The notes below the pieces were generated by a model that was not told the origin of the DNA, did not search any database, and was given only the letters and a program-made list of their open reading frames with translations. Below, one piece after another: positions 41,536 through 51,383 of a DNA stretch of 64,000 nucleotides. The stretch spans positions 1 to 64,000 of the forward strand of contig CDROCS010002105.1 of assembly GCA_977020255.1 (NCBI GenBank), written 5' to 3'. Within the stretch, counting starts at the first letter, position 1, and each line of letters starts with the position of its first letter. The DNA is from Obrimoposthia wandeli. Lineage: Eukaryota. Both the position numbers and the translations under genes were made by a program.

Positions 41536-42384
41536 ATGGACTTTATTACAGAGCACAAGATCCCATTAGGCGATTGGATGGCAACCTTCGTGGATTGGCT
41601 AACCTATAATGCCGCAGGATTTTTTGACTCGCTTTCATACACCCTTGAATCAATAATCATGCTATTGGTTGAACTGTTCAAATGGTTCCCGCCAGCAGTG
41701 CCCATTGTCATGACTGCCTTGTTGGCGTGGTTTCTTCATCGAAGCCTTTCATTGGTCATCTTTGTTGTTGCAGCATTACTACTGATCATGAACCTTGGTT
41801 ACTGGGAAGAAATGCTAGAGACCCTTGTTCTGGTATTAAGTGCGACGATGATTTCGTTATTGGTGGGAGTGCCCGTAGGGATTGTGGCGGCACATAAACC
41901 TTGGGTGTATACCGTTTTGCGCCCGATACTTGATTTAATGCAGACAATACCGACATTTGTTTATCTTATTCCCACCTTGGTGCTGTTTGGTTTAGGGGTT
42001 GTTCCCGGCCTTATCTCTACCATTATTTTTGCCATTGCCGCCCCAATACGCCTGACCTATCTAGGCATTAGCCGAGTACCGGAAGAACTGGTCGAGGCGG
42101 GTAAAGCGTTCGGTGCCAGCCGAATGAAGTTGTTGTTCAAGGTTGAGCTTCCGGCGGCAATGCCAAACATTATGGCAGGGGTAACGCAGTGTATTATGTT
42201 ATCGCTGTCTATGGTGGTGATTTCGGCACTGGTTGGTGCTGATGGTTTGGGCAAACCAGTCGTTCGCGCCCTAAACACCGTGAATATTTCTCAGGGATTT
42301 GAAGCAGGGCTCGCTATCGTTTTGGTTGCGATTATCTTGGATCGCCTATGTAAAACACCAACCAGTCAGCGCAGAGAGGGATAA
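41536..42384 (+). CDS. proW: Choline/betaine ABC permease
   Basis: LDLMQT.PTFVYLIP; EAGKAFGA (EAA motif). Confidence 0.93.
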   Translation: MDFITEHKIPLGDWMATFVDWLTYNAAGFFDSLSYTLESIIMLLVELFKWFPPAVPIVMTALLAWFLHRSLSLVIFVVAALLLIMNLGYWEEMLETLVLVLSATMISLLVGVPVGIVAAHKPWVYTVLRPILDLMQTIPTFVYLIPTLVLFGLGVVPGLISTIIFAIAAPIRLTYLGISRVPEELVEAGKAFGASRMKLLFKVELPAAMPNIMAGVTQCIMLSLSMVVISALVGADGLGKPVVRALNTVNISQGFEAGLAIVLVAIILDRLCKTPTSQRREG

Positions 42385-42386
42385 CC

Positions 42387-43589
42387 ATGAGTGCTATTAG
42401 TATTAAAAATTTGGATGTCATCTTTGGTCAACAGACAACCCAATCATTAGCCTTGCTAGATAATGGCAAAAGCCGTCAGGAAATTATTGATGCTACCGGC
42501 GATGTGGTGGGCGTGCATGATGTTAGCCTTGATATCGAAAAGGGGGAAATCTGCGTATTGATGGGCTTATCGGGTTCAGGAAAATCGAGCTTACTGCGTG
42601 CGATTAATGGATTAAATACCGTAACCCGCGGCTCGCTGAATGTTCAGGATGGCGACCAGTTTATTAATCTCGCGAATTGCGACAAGACAGCGTTGCGTCA
42701 CTTGCGTACGAATCGTATTTCGATGGTCTTTCAGAAATTTGCCTTAATGCCTTGGCTGTCAGTTTTAGATAACGCCGCATTTGGTCTGGAGATGCAAGGG
42801 ATCAGCAAAGCAGAGCGCCGTCGCCGTGCAGAAGAAATGCTGGAAATGGTTGGCTTGGCTGAATGGAAAGATAACTATCCTCACGAGTTGTCGGGGGGCA
42901 TGCAACAACGAGTAGGATTGGCGCGCGCATTTACTATGGATAGCGATATCTTGCTGATGGATGAACCTTTTTCTGCGCTTGATCCCCTGATTAGAAGTCA
43001 ACTTCAGGATGAGCTGCTCGAATTGCAGCGTCAGCTGAATAAAACCATCGTATTCGTCAGCCACGATTTGGATGAAGCGCTGAAGCTGGGTAATAAAATT
43101 GCCATTATGGAGTCGGGTCGTTTGATCCAGCACGGTAAACCGGAAGAGATCGTACTTAACCCGAATTCAGCATACGTTGCGGAGTTTGTGGCCCACACTA
43201 ACCCGTTGAATGTGTTATGTGGTCGTTCTTTGATGACAGATGCAGCTACGCTGGAACGACAGGATAGTAAACTGGTGCTAAGCCAGCATGATCAAACCTA
43301 TATCGGCACTGATCATCAAGGACATGTTACTTCGGTTACCCGTCAAGGTAAGGCATTACCATTGCATTTATGGCAAGCGGGAGACTGCTTTGAGGGATTG
43401 AAACAAGATAGCCTAGTGATAACCAATCCGGATATATCAATGCGGGAAGGTTTGGAAATTCGTTATCGAACGGGGCAACCTGTTCTGTTGGCCGAGGATG
43501 GGCCATTGATTGGTGTATTGGGAGACAATGATTTCTATCACGCTTTGTTAGGTAAACATATCTCATTAGAAACCGAAACCAGCACATAA
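42387..43589 (+). CDS. proV: Choline/betaine ABC ATP-binding protein
   Basis: GLSGSGKS, LSGGMQQRV, LMDEPFSALD, FVSHD. Confidence 0.94.
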   Translation: MSAISIKNLDVIFGQQTTQSLALLDNGKSRQEIIDATGDVVGVHDVSLDIEKGEICVLMGLSGSGKSSLLRAINGLNTVTRGSLNVQDGDQFINLANCDKTALRHLRTNRISMVFQKFALMPWLSVLDNAAFGLEMQGISKAERRRRAEEMLEMVGLAEWKDNYPHELSGGMQQRVGLARAFTMDSDILLMDEPFSALDPLIRSQLQDELLELQRQLNKTIVFVSHDLDEALKLGNKIAIMESGRLIQHGKPEEIVLNPNSAYVAEFVAHTNPLNVLCGRSLMTDAATLERQDSKLVLSQHDQTYIGTDHQGHVTSVTRQGKALPLHLWQAGDCFEGLKQDSLVITNPDISMREGLEIRYRTGQPVLLAEDGPLIGVLGDNDFYHALLGKHISLETETST

Positions 43590-43766
43590 CTCGACCCCTA
43601 CGATCGAAAGCGCGGAGTATGCCTCAATAGCCCTTAAATATACGGGGAAGGTTTACCTGCGCGTTACCTAAGAGGTGACTTTTATCTGTCGCCTAGCGGT
43701 AAGAATAATCGCCCTCAGCAAGACACATTTTGGATATATAGACGGAACCCAAGGAATTAACAATCG

Positions 43767-45545
43767 ATGGGAAACATATTTAGTCGTCAACAAAATTTAC
43801 CAATAATGCCGGTGCCTGCATTAGATGAAACATGTCATAAACTGATTGAATGGGCAGAGCCTTTATTAACACAAGAAGAGCATATCAGAAGCAGAAAAGT
43901 CATTGAACAGTTTATTCAGCCTGGCGGAGAAGGTGAAGTATTACAAAATGAGCTGATTGAATGGGCTAATTGTCACACTCACTCTAATTGGTCTGCACCC
44001 GCTTGGCGAGCTCTTTATCTGGAATCTCGAGATTCTCTGGCGATTAACAGCAACGTATTTTATTACCTAAAAAGTAGGCATGATGAAAAGGCCTGCACAC
44101 AGGCAAATATCGCCGCCGCGCTTATTGTTAGCATTTATAATTTTATCTCTTTGGTTGATAAAAAAGAGCTCACGGTTGACATGCAAAAAGATATGCCGCT
44201 TTGCATGAATCAGTACAACAATCTTTTTTCCTCAACAAGAATAGCGCAGCAGGGGATGGATGAACTCAAAGTGTCATCGTCTAGACAGCATATTGTGATA
44301 ATGCATAAACAGCGTATATATAAAGTTGATATTCTGGATGAAAAAGGAAATATCAGGTCGCTCTCAGCGATTGAATCCGATCTTGATTACATTGTCGCTA
44401 TCCCAGAGAAAGGACAAAACGTAGGCGTTCTAACCACAATGCCACGAGATGCTTGGGCAGAAAGCAGGGCAAACTTGCTTCAGACATCGGTTAATAATAG
44501 AGACGCGATGACAGCCATTGAAGACGCAGCTTTTGCTTTGTGTCTGGATGAAAATACCCCAGAAGAGATAACCGAAGTATCAAAACAGTTACTGCATGGC
44601 GATGGCAAGGATCGCTTTTTCGATAAGTCGCTGCAATTTATCGTCTTTAAAAATGGTAAAACGGGGATCAATTTTGAGCATACAGGGGTGGATGGCTCCG
44701 TTATGCTTCGTTTGGTTGCACATATCTATGACACTATTGACAAGGTTTGTTTTGATGAAAAGGATGTTTCTGCTAAGACTGAGGGGGGGCTGGCCCCGAG
44801 TGTTGAAGAAATTGAGTTTGATTTAGATGATGTATTGGTACAGACGATTCGTGCAGCCATCGATTTGTTCATTCAACACTCGGCCAATAATCAGATTAGG
44901 GTTTTGAATTTCACTCAGTTTGGTAAAAATCAGATCAAGCAATTTGGCGTGAGTCCCGATGCATTCGTTCAGTTGGCGTTACAATTAGCAGAACATAAGA
45001 TTTATGGAAAGTGCTACAGTGCTTATGAAGCCGTAATGACCAGAACGTTTATTGACGGGCGTCTTGATGTTTTGTATACCGTTACGCCTGAGTCAATGGC
45101 GTTTATTCACAAAATAAGTGACCCCGATTGTAGCGTTCAGGCTAAGATCGATTCACTCATTCAGGCAACACGAACGCACGTTGAAAGGGCAAATGAGTGT
45201 CGATTGGGCCATGGGATTTACACCCATTTACTCGCGCTTAAATACCGTTATAAAGTAGCAGGCCGTGACATCGGAATTGATACGCTTCCAGAGATATTTA
45301 CCAAAGGAGGATATCAGGCTCTGACTCACAGTGTGGTTTGTACTAGTACCACGTCAGAATACGGCGTAGAGCTCGCAGGTTACGGGCCAATTGTCGATGA
45401 TGGTTACGGAATCAGATACTTTAAGCGAAATGATTCCATCTGCTTCAATATAACAAGTCGAACCGATATGCAGGACAAACTCGAGCAGATGAGAATCTAT
45501 ATCGAGCAATCGCTGCTTGAAATGGCAGATTTGATGCGAAGCTGA
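43767..45545 (+). CDS. Choline/carnitine O-acyltransferase family protein; residue pattern is choline-acetyltransferase-like
   Basis: LP.MPVP.L, RFFDKSLQFIV, FEHTGVDG (catalytic His305), SPDAFVQLALQLA, CTS, YGPIVDDGYG. Confidence 0.9.
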   Translation: MGNIFSRQQNLPIMPVPALDETCHKLIEWAEPLLTQEEHIRSRKVIEQFIQPGGEGEVLQNELIEWANCHTHSNWSAPAWRALYLESRDSLAINSNVFYYLKSRHDEKACTQANIAAALIVSIYNFISLVDKKELTVDMQKDMPLCMNQYNNLFSSTRIAQQGMDELKVSSSRQHIVIMHKQRIYKVDILDEKGNIRSLSAIESDLDYIVAIPEKGQNVGVLTTMPRDAWAESRANLLQTSVNNRDAMTAIEDAAFALCLDENTPEEITEVSKQLLHGDGKDRFFDKSLQFIVFKNGKTGINFEHTGVDGSVMLRLVAHIYDTIDKVCFDEKDVSAKTEGGLAPSVEEIEFDLDDVLVQTIRAAIDLFIQHSANNQIRVLNFTQFGKNQIKQFGVSPDAFVQLALQLAEHKIYGKCYSAYEAVMTRTFIDGRLDVLYTVTPESMAFIHKISDPDCSVQAKIDSLIQATRTHVERANECRLGHGIYTHLLALKYRYKVAGRDIGIDTLPEIFTKGGYQALTHSVVCTSTTSEYGVELAGYGPIVDDGYGIRYFKRNDSICFNITSRTDMQDKLEQMRIYIEQSLLEMADLMRS

Positions 45546-45660
45546 TATACCCAAACCACCTCAAGATACGAGATTCAGAGTTTCCGCTGGAAATTTAATT
45601 CAAACGAAATGTGTATAGGAATGGCAGCCAGAACAAACTTAATGAAAACTCGAGTTTTCA
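45546..45660. repeat. ERIC-like/MITE element starting immediately after the acyltransferase stop codon
   Basis: tatacccaaaccacctcaagatac..ttcag matches the family end; the distal boundary is uncertain. Confidence 0.65.
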
Positions 45661-45737
45661 GTGGTAACGCTTTGCTCTTATACAGGACATAGTCTTGCGT
45701 TAGTGCTTGATCCAGCACGGTATGTTTTTAATAGTCT

Positions 45738-45766
45738 AAAAAAAGCCGCATTATGCGGCTTTTTTA
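45738..45766. terminator. Bidirectional intrinsic terminator
   Basis: A7-gccgca-ttat-gcggc-T6. Confidence 0.85.
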
Positions 45767-45782
45767 TTGTAGAAAATAAAGC

Positions 45783-46583
45783 TTATAAGCCTTTGATATT
45801 TTCTGCTTCTAGCTCTTTAAAGTACTTCACTGTTTTCACTTTAAGCTCTTGTTGTGCTGCTTCGTCAGCAACCATAACCGCTTTAGTGTGAAGTTGAAGT
45901 GCAGATATCGTCCACATGTGGTTTACGCTACCTTCAATTGCCGCCTGAAGAGAAAGTGCTTTGTTATGACCTTGAATTAAGATCATCACTTCTTCAGAAT
46001 CTAATAGTGTTGCAACACCAATAGTTAGTGCGTATTTAGGCACCTGTGTGATGTCGCCACCAAAGAAGCGAGAGTTTGCAATACGTGTATCTTCAGTCAG
46101 TGTTTTAATACGTGTACGAGAAGATAGTGATGATGCAGGTTCGTTAAATGCGATGTGACCATCGTTGCCTACGCCACCCATGAATAAGTTGATTTTACCG
46201 TAAGACTTAATCTTATCTTCGTATGCTTTGCAGTGACCATCGATATCGTCAGTTTGACCATCTAATAGGTTAATATTTTCTGCTTTAATATCAACATGGT
46301 TGAAGAAGTTAGTGTGCATGAATGTACGGTAAGATTCTGGATGGTTTGGTTCAATACCCACGTACTCATCCATGTTGAATGTAACAACGTTTTCAAAGCT
46401 AACTTCGCCTGCTTTGTACAGTTCGATTAATATTTTATAAGTCGATAGAGGCGTGCTGCCTGTAGGTAAACCCAGGACAAAAGGGCGATCTGCTGTTGGA
46501 TTAAAATCATTGATACGCTTAACGATATGACGAGCTGCCCATGCGCCAACTTGAGTAGCATTACTTAATGGAATTAATCTCAC
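45783..46583 (-). CDS. nagB: Glucosamine-6-phosphate deaminase
   Basis: [29 protein letters not shown]. Confidence 0.98.
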   Translation of the reverse strand: MRLIPLSNATQVGAWAARHIVKRINDFNPTADRPFVLGLPTGSTPLSTYKILIELYKAGEVSFENVVTFNMDEYVGIEPNHPESYRTFMHTNFFNHVDIKAENINLLDGQTDDIDGHCKAYEDKIKSYGKINLFMGGVGNDGHIAFNEPASSLSSRTRIKTLTEDTRIANSRFFGGDITQVPKYALTIGVATLLDSEEVMILIQGHNKALSLQAAIEGSVNHMWTISALQLHTKAVMVADEAAQQELKVKTVKYFKELEAENIKGL

Positions 46584-46620
46584 TTTGATACCTCTATAAA
46601 CAGAATATTAAATTTAAAAT

Positions 46621-46643
46621 CATTATTTGCATTGTAAAATAAG
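46621..46643. promoter_or_regulatory. Putative NagC operator
   Basis: CATTATTTGCATTGTAAAATAAG is a 23-bp AT-rich quasi-palindrome about 40 bp upstream of nagB. Confidence 0.55.
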
Positions 46644-46898
46644 TTTTGAATTAGCGCCAATGATTTAAAACAAAAAAAGCGATCTATTGTGAAACGTTCA
46701 CATTTTATATTCGCAAACAGTAACGGCTTACGGTTAATTATATGCATTTAAGGCTTTAACTTTAGGGGTATTGCCGTGAGGGTATGCAAGGGGGCTATTC
46801 GAGCTGATGAGGATATTATTCGAGTAGAAAGGGTACTTTCGGGTTTTGATGGAACAAGGAAATAAGCAGAGTCTAAAAACCATCCATGGAGTTAAGAA

Positions 46899-47429
46899 TC
46901 AAAATGGACTATCACGATCAAGCTCATTACAGATGCCAGCAATAGCAAGAGCAAGCGCTGACTTAATGATCTGCTCTTGACGAGCTAACTGCATTTGATA
47001 AAAAATAAGGTCAACATCGTCACCTGGAGAGGCAATTTCAAGTTGTACCACGCCCATGTTTTGTACCGCATGCATTTTTTTGATGGGTTGTAATATTTTA
47101 GGGTCAGTAAAACAGTAATCATTACCATCGCTGTTAAGAAAATCACGCAGTTTAAGAAAAGCATCGATATCTTGGTAAATATTGTGTGAAACAACGCCTA
47201 ACCCCAGCAATAGCTTAAGGCGAACCGTTATTTCACCTAAGGGTCCAGAGTTATCCAGTAAAGGGCCGACCACAGACTTAACTGCGAAATCGTCTTTACG
47301 AAATACTCGTTGGATTAAGCTATCGACAGCTTCTTCAAACACTTCGACAGAAGTGATAATGAAACCTCGCACATTAGATGTATCACTTAATCGTTCAAGG
47401 ATGTCTGACTCTTGGTCACTTTGTGCCAT
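46899..47429 (-). CDS. mtlR: Mannitol operon repressor
   Basis: VFRKDDFAVKSVVGPLL..SGPL...VRLKLL; follows mtlD. Confidence 0.93.
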   Translation of the reverse strand: MAQSDQESDILERLSDTSNVRGFIITSVEVFEEAVDSLIQRVFRKDDFAVKSVVGPLLDNSGPLGEITVRLKLLLGLGVVSHNIYQDIDAFLKLRDFLNSDGNDYCFTDPKILQPIKKMHAVQNMGVVQLEIASPGDDVDLIFYQMQLARQEQIIKSALALAIAGICNELDRDSPF

Positions 47430-47533
47430 AACCTGTGTATTCTCTTTCGTAACAGGGAAGGGCAGTTATTGCCCTTCCAAGTCTTTCCACATTCGGATTT
47501 GAGTAAATATCTTTACTTAATCACGATGAGTAA

Positions 47534-48679
47534 TCAGCTCAATTGTAGAAAAATAGTTTCAATAGTCTTCGCTTCCTTGCTGTCAGCGTCGATACCTGTG
47601 TAATGCGCCAATGTTGGGCGAAGGCCTTTCTCTTTTAACGAGGTTTGTAGCTCGACTGCCTGTGGATCTGATTCGTTGGTGTACATAAATGCAGCAGCAA
47701 TACCTTTAAGTAAGGTTTTGTTCTCTGTTCCGTATTCAATTGTACCTAGCAATGGTTTGATTAATCTATCATTTTCTCCTAATTTACGGATTGGTTGACG
47801 GCCAACACGGTCAATTTCGTCACGTAAATAAGGGTTTGCGAAGCGACCTAGAATTTTTTCAATGTAGGCATCGTGCACTTCACGCTCAAAACCATAACGT
47901 TTGATTAATACTTCGCCACTTTCTTGCATTGCTGCTTTTACTTGCTCACGAATCTCACTGTCTTCAATGGCATCACGTATGGTTTCATGACCTTTTAATG
48001 CGCCTAGGTAGGCTGTCATGATGTGACCAGTATTTAGCGTAAACAATTTACGCTCAACGAATGCCATCAAATTGTCAGTCATTTCCATCCCTTCAATCGC
48101 TGGGATATCACCTTTGAATTGCTGTTTATCAACGATCCACTCGCTGAAGCTTTCAACGGTAACCTCTAACGGGTCATTCGCTGCTTCTGAAGGTGGAACG
48201 ATACGGTCTACTGCAGAATCAACGAAGCCAACTAACGCGTCTGCACGAGCGTGATATTGCTTATCAAGGTGTTTATATACTTCATTTTTTAGGTGTGTCG
48301 TCCCACGTACCATGTTCTCACAAGCTATGATGTTTAATGATTTATCATTGCTTGCCTCAAAGCGCTGTGTAAGACCTGTTGCGATTGTTTTCGCAATGAT
48401 ATCGAGTACGTTAGGTCCAACAGCCGTCGTTACTAAATCTGTGTACACAATGCGATCGATAACGTCTTGGCTTGCTGAGTTAACAGCTGTTACGTGAGTG
48501 ACTGTGTCAACTTGGCATTGGCTGCCAACCACTTTTACTTTGTAAGATTGATCATGACTTAATTGATCAACAAGTGGTTTATCAACGTCTGCAAATGTAA
48601 CCGCTACATTTGCATCAGAAAGTAATTTACCAATAAAACCACGACCGATATTACCTGCGCCAAAATGAACTGCTTTCAT
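47534..48679 (-). CDS. mtlD: Mannitol-1-phosphate 5-dehydrogenase
   Basis: [40 protein letters not shown]. Confidence 0.97.
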   Translation of the reverse strand: MKAVHFGAGNIGRGFIGKLLSDANVAVTFADVDKPLVDQLSHDQSYKVKVVGSQCQVDTVTHVTAVNSASQDVIDRIVYTDLVTTAVGPNVLDIIAKTIATGLTQRFEASNDKSLNIIACENMVRGTTHLKNEVYKHLDKQYHARADALVGFVDSAVDRIVPPSEAANDPLEVTVESFSEWIVDKQQFKGDIPAIEGMEMTDNLMAFVERKLFTLNTGHIMTAYLGALKGHETIRDAIEDSEIREQVKAAMQESGEVLIKRYGFEREVHDAYIEKILGRFANPYLRDEIDRVGRQPIRKLGENDRLIKPLLGTIEYGTENKTLLKGIAAAFMYTNESDPQAVELQTSLKEKGLRPTLAHYTGIDADSKEAKTIETIFLQLS

Positions 48680-48770
48680 AATCTTTACCTACCAATAATT
48701 AATTTTAAAAAGTAATTTTAGAATGGGGTGAGGCTAAACTGGGTGTCTAACCTCGGGGTCACTCAGCGTA

Positions 48771-50723
48771 TTAAGCGGCTTTTTGGCCAGCAAGAATACT
48801 TAGCACTTCGTTGACATCTGTCGTGCTAGTTAGACGCTCGATAGCATCTGGATCGTCGAGTGCATTCGTGATGGTAGTGATGACTTGAATGTGTTCATCG
48901 TTCTTCGCTGCAATACCAATTACTAGCTTTGCTAGGTCGTCTTCATCATCGCTGAATAGAACACCTGCAGGGTACTGACAAATTACGATACCAGTTTTGA
49001 TAACACGGTCTTTTGCTTCAACTGTACCGTGTGGAACCGCGATAGATTCGCCTAAGTATGTTGATACGAGTTTTTCACGGTCGAACATCGCGTTTACGTA
49101 GTCTGGTTCTGCGTAACCGAGTTTAACCAGTTGTTCGCCAGCATAACGTATTGCTTGTTCTTTCGTTGTTGCAGTACATCCAAGGTGAATATTTTCAGCT
49201 TGAATTTGAAATACTTGCTTCTCTTGTGGCTCAAAACTATCTTCGTTTGCAGCAACAGGTGATACTTTTACCATTGCAGAGTCGTTTGCTGCGTCAGGGC
49301 TGTTCGCTGCCACAATGCTCGTGACTAAATCGTTGTAGATTTGGCTATCTAGGAAGTTAGTTAGTGAAATATGTTTCGCGTTTGCAGCATGTTTACGAGC
49401 ACGGTCTGTTAAATCTTTATGAGTAATCACGATATCTACCTCTTGCGGCAAGCTATTAATGGCACAGTTAGTTACGCTAATCTTGAGTCCAGCATCTTGA
49501 ATTTTCTTACGCAGCAGGCTTGCACCCATTGCACTCGAACCCATGCCTGCATCACAAGCAACAATGATGTTGCGTACGTCAGCCATGTTTATGTTGCTTT
49601 TATCTTTAGCTGTAACTTCAGCGGAGTTGCCTTTAGCGCCTGCTTTCATGCCCTTCATTTTTGAAGTTGCAGAAGCAAGGGTTGTATCGTCGTCTTCATC
49701 GGTTGTGCGTTGTGTTTTCATTAGTAATGCAGCAACAGAGAATGAAACAGCTGTTGACGCGATTACTGACAGAATAACGCCAACAAATGAGGCTTTCGGT
49801 GTCATCAATAAGATGGCGAAGATTGAACCAGGAGATGCTGGTGAAACAATGCCTGCGTTGAATAATGTAAGCGTGAATACACCCGTCATACCGCCAGCAA
49901 TTACCGCTAGAATCAAACGTGGATTCATCAGGATGTACGGGAAGTAAATTTCGTGGATACCACCGAAGAAGTGGATAATCGATGCGCCACCAGCAGTTTG
50001 CTTTGCAGTACCGCGACCGAATACAGTGTAAGCAAGCAAAACACCAAGGCCAGGACCTGGATTTGCTTCAATCAAGAAGAAAATTGATTGACCGGTTTCG
50101 TTAGCCTGTTGGATACCTAACGGCGAGAAGATACCGTGGTTAATCGCGTTATTTAGGAATAGAATTTTTGCTGGTTCAACAAAGATTGAAGTTAAAGGTA
50201 ACAAACCTGCTTCTACAAGGAAGTTAACACCGCCCGCCAAACCACCAGATAAGATTTTTACAAATGGACCAATCATGTAAAACGCGATGATTGCGCAGAT
50301 CATACCTACAATACCGGCAGAGAAGTTGTTTACTAACATCTCGAAACCGCTTTTTACTTTACCGTCTACCCAGTTATCGAACTTCTTGATTGCCCAGCCA
50401 CCCATAGGGCCGACCATCATTGCGCCCATGAACATTGGGATGTCTGTACCGACAATAACACCAATTGTTGTTATTGCACCGACAACCGCACCACGGTCAC
50501 CGCCCACTAATTTACCACCGGTATAACCGATTAGAAGTGGTAATAAGTATGTAATCATAGGGCCAACAAGTTTTGCTAATTCCTCGTTTGGAAACCAGCC
50601 TGTTGGAATGAATAAAGCAGTGATAAAGCCCCATGCGATGAACGCACCGATATTAGGCATTACCATATTAGATAAGAAGCGACCAAAATTTTGTACCTTG
50701 ATCTTTGCATCTGGTGATATCAT
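48771..50723 (-). CDS. mtlA: PTS mannitol EIICBA
   Basis: FGRFLSNMVMPNIGAF, GGIHEIYFPY, VACDAGMGSSA, IAVPHG. Confidence 0.97.
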   Translation of the reverse strand: MISPDAKIKVQNFGRFLSNMVMPNIGAFIAWGFITALFIPTGWFPNEELAKLVGPMITYLLPLLIGYTGGKLVGGDRGAVVGAITTIGVIVGTDIPMFMGAMMVGPMGGWAIKKFDNWVDGKVKSGFEMLVNNFSAGIVGMICAIIAFYMIGPFVKILSGGLAGGVNFLVEAGLLPLTSIFVEPAKILFLNNAINHGIFSPLGIQQANETGQSIFFLIEANPGPGLGVLLAYTVFGRGTAKQTAGGASIIHFFGGIHEIYFPYILMNPRLILAVIAGGMTGVFTLTLFNAGIVSPASPGSIFAILLMTPKASFVGVILSVIASTAVSFSVAALLMKTQRTTDEDDDTTLASATSKMKGMKAGAKGNSAEVTAKDKSNINMADVRNIIVACDAGMGSSAMGASLLRKKIQDAGLKISVTNCAINSLPQEVDIVITHKDLTDRARKHAANAKHISLTNFLDSQIYNDLVTSIVAANSPDAANDSAMVKVSPVAANEDSFEPQEKQVFQIQAENIHLGCTATTKEQAIRYAGEQLVKLGYAEPDYVNAMFDREKLVSTYLGESIAVPHGTVEAKDRVIKTGIVICQYPAGVLFSDDEDDLAKLVIGIAAKNDEHIQVITTITNALDDPDAIERLTSTTDVNEVLSILAGQKAA

Positions 50724-50727
50724 TAGG

Positions 50728-50850
50728 ATTCCCCGTTTGATGTTCTATTTTTATATTCTGTTGTAAGTAACGGTTCGCCAAAACCGTCGATTGCTTAGTA
50801 CCCAATTAATTTACCATAGATATTGAAATTAGGACTGATGACGGGGTTTT
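50728..50850 (+). ncRNA. Possible MtlS-like cis-antisense sRNA over the mtlA 5' UTR; boundaries approximate
   Basis: Plus-strand extended -10 TGaTATCAT (50715-50723) overlaps the mtlA start codon; geometry matches V. cholerae MtlS. Confidence 0.4.
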
Positions 50851-51078
50851 TGTGATCAGTGTCAAATTAATTTTGGGCTCTACCAATTTATAGTGTGAGC
50901 ATTGTCTCATTAATCTCTTGTAAGTAAGTTACATTGGTTGCAAATGTGAAATTACAATCGAAATATTAAGCTTAACATCTCATTTTTAAATAAATCTATT
51001 TTTGATTGTGAGTGACCTTTATCACGCTTTGGTTATTTCCCTTTTAAATAGTAGGAGTGTTTAGTGATGCAGATCACT
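50851..51078. promoter_or_regulatory. Four CRP-like sites upstream of mtlA
   Basis: TGTGA-N6-TCAAA (50851), TGTGA-N6-TCTCA (50894), AGTGA-N6-TCACG (51011), AGTGA-N6-TCACT (51063). Confidence 0.7.
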
Positions 51079-51383
51079 CTTCATATTTAATTCATATCGT
51101 GAAATTATTCGGCGATTTTTGATTTTAATATTTTGTTGCAAAATTACATATGCAATCACATGTGAAAACGATAGTAACCCTCCTCTTTGATTTCAACTTT
51201 TGCTCATTCTACATAGCCTTTGTTAAGCACCATTTCCCTTTTATTGATAAGTGTATTGTTTGTTAAGTAAGCGATAAGCATGAAATCACGTATGTTCAAG
51301 TAATTAAACGTTAGTTAAGTCACTAAAATATAATAATTTCCTGACTACACTAGAGTAATAACTGTCATATAAGAGGGACGCAT

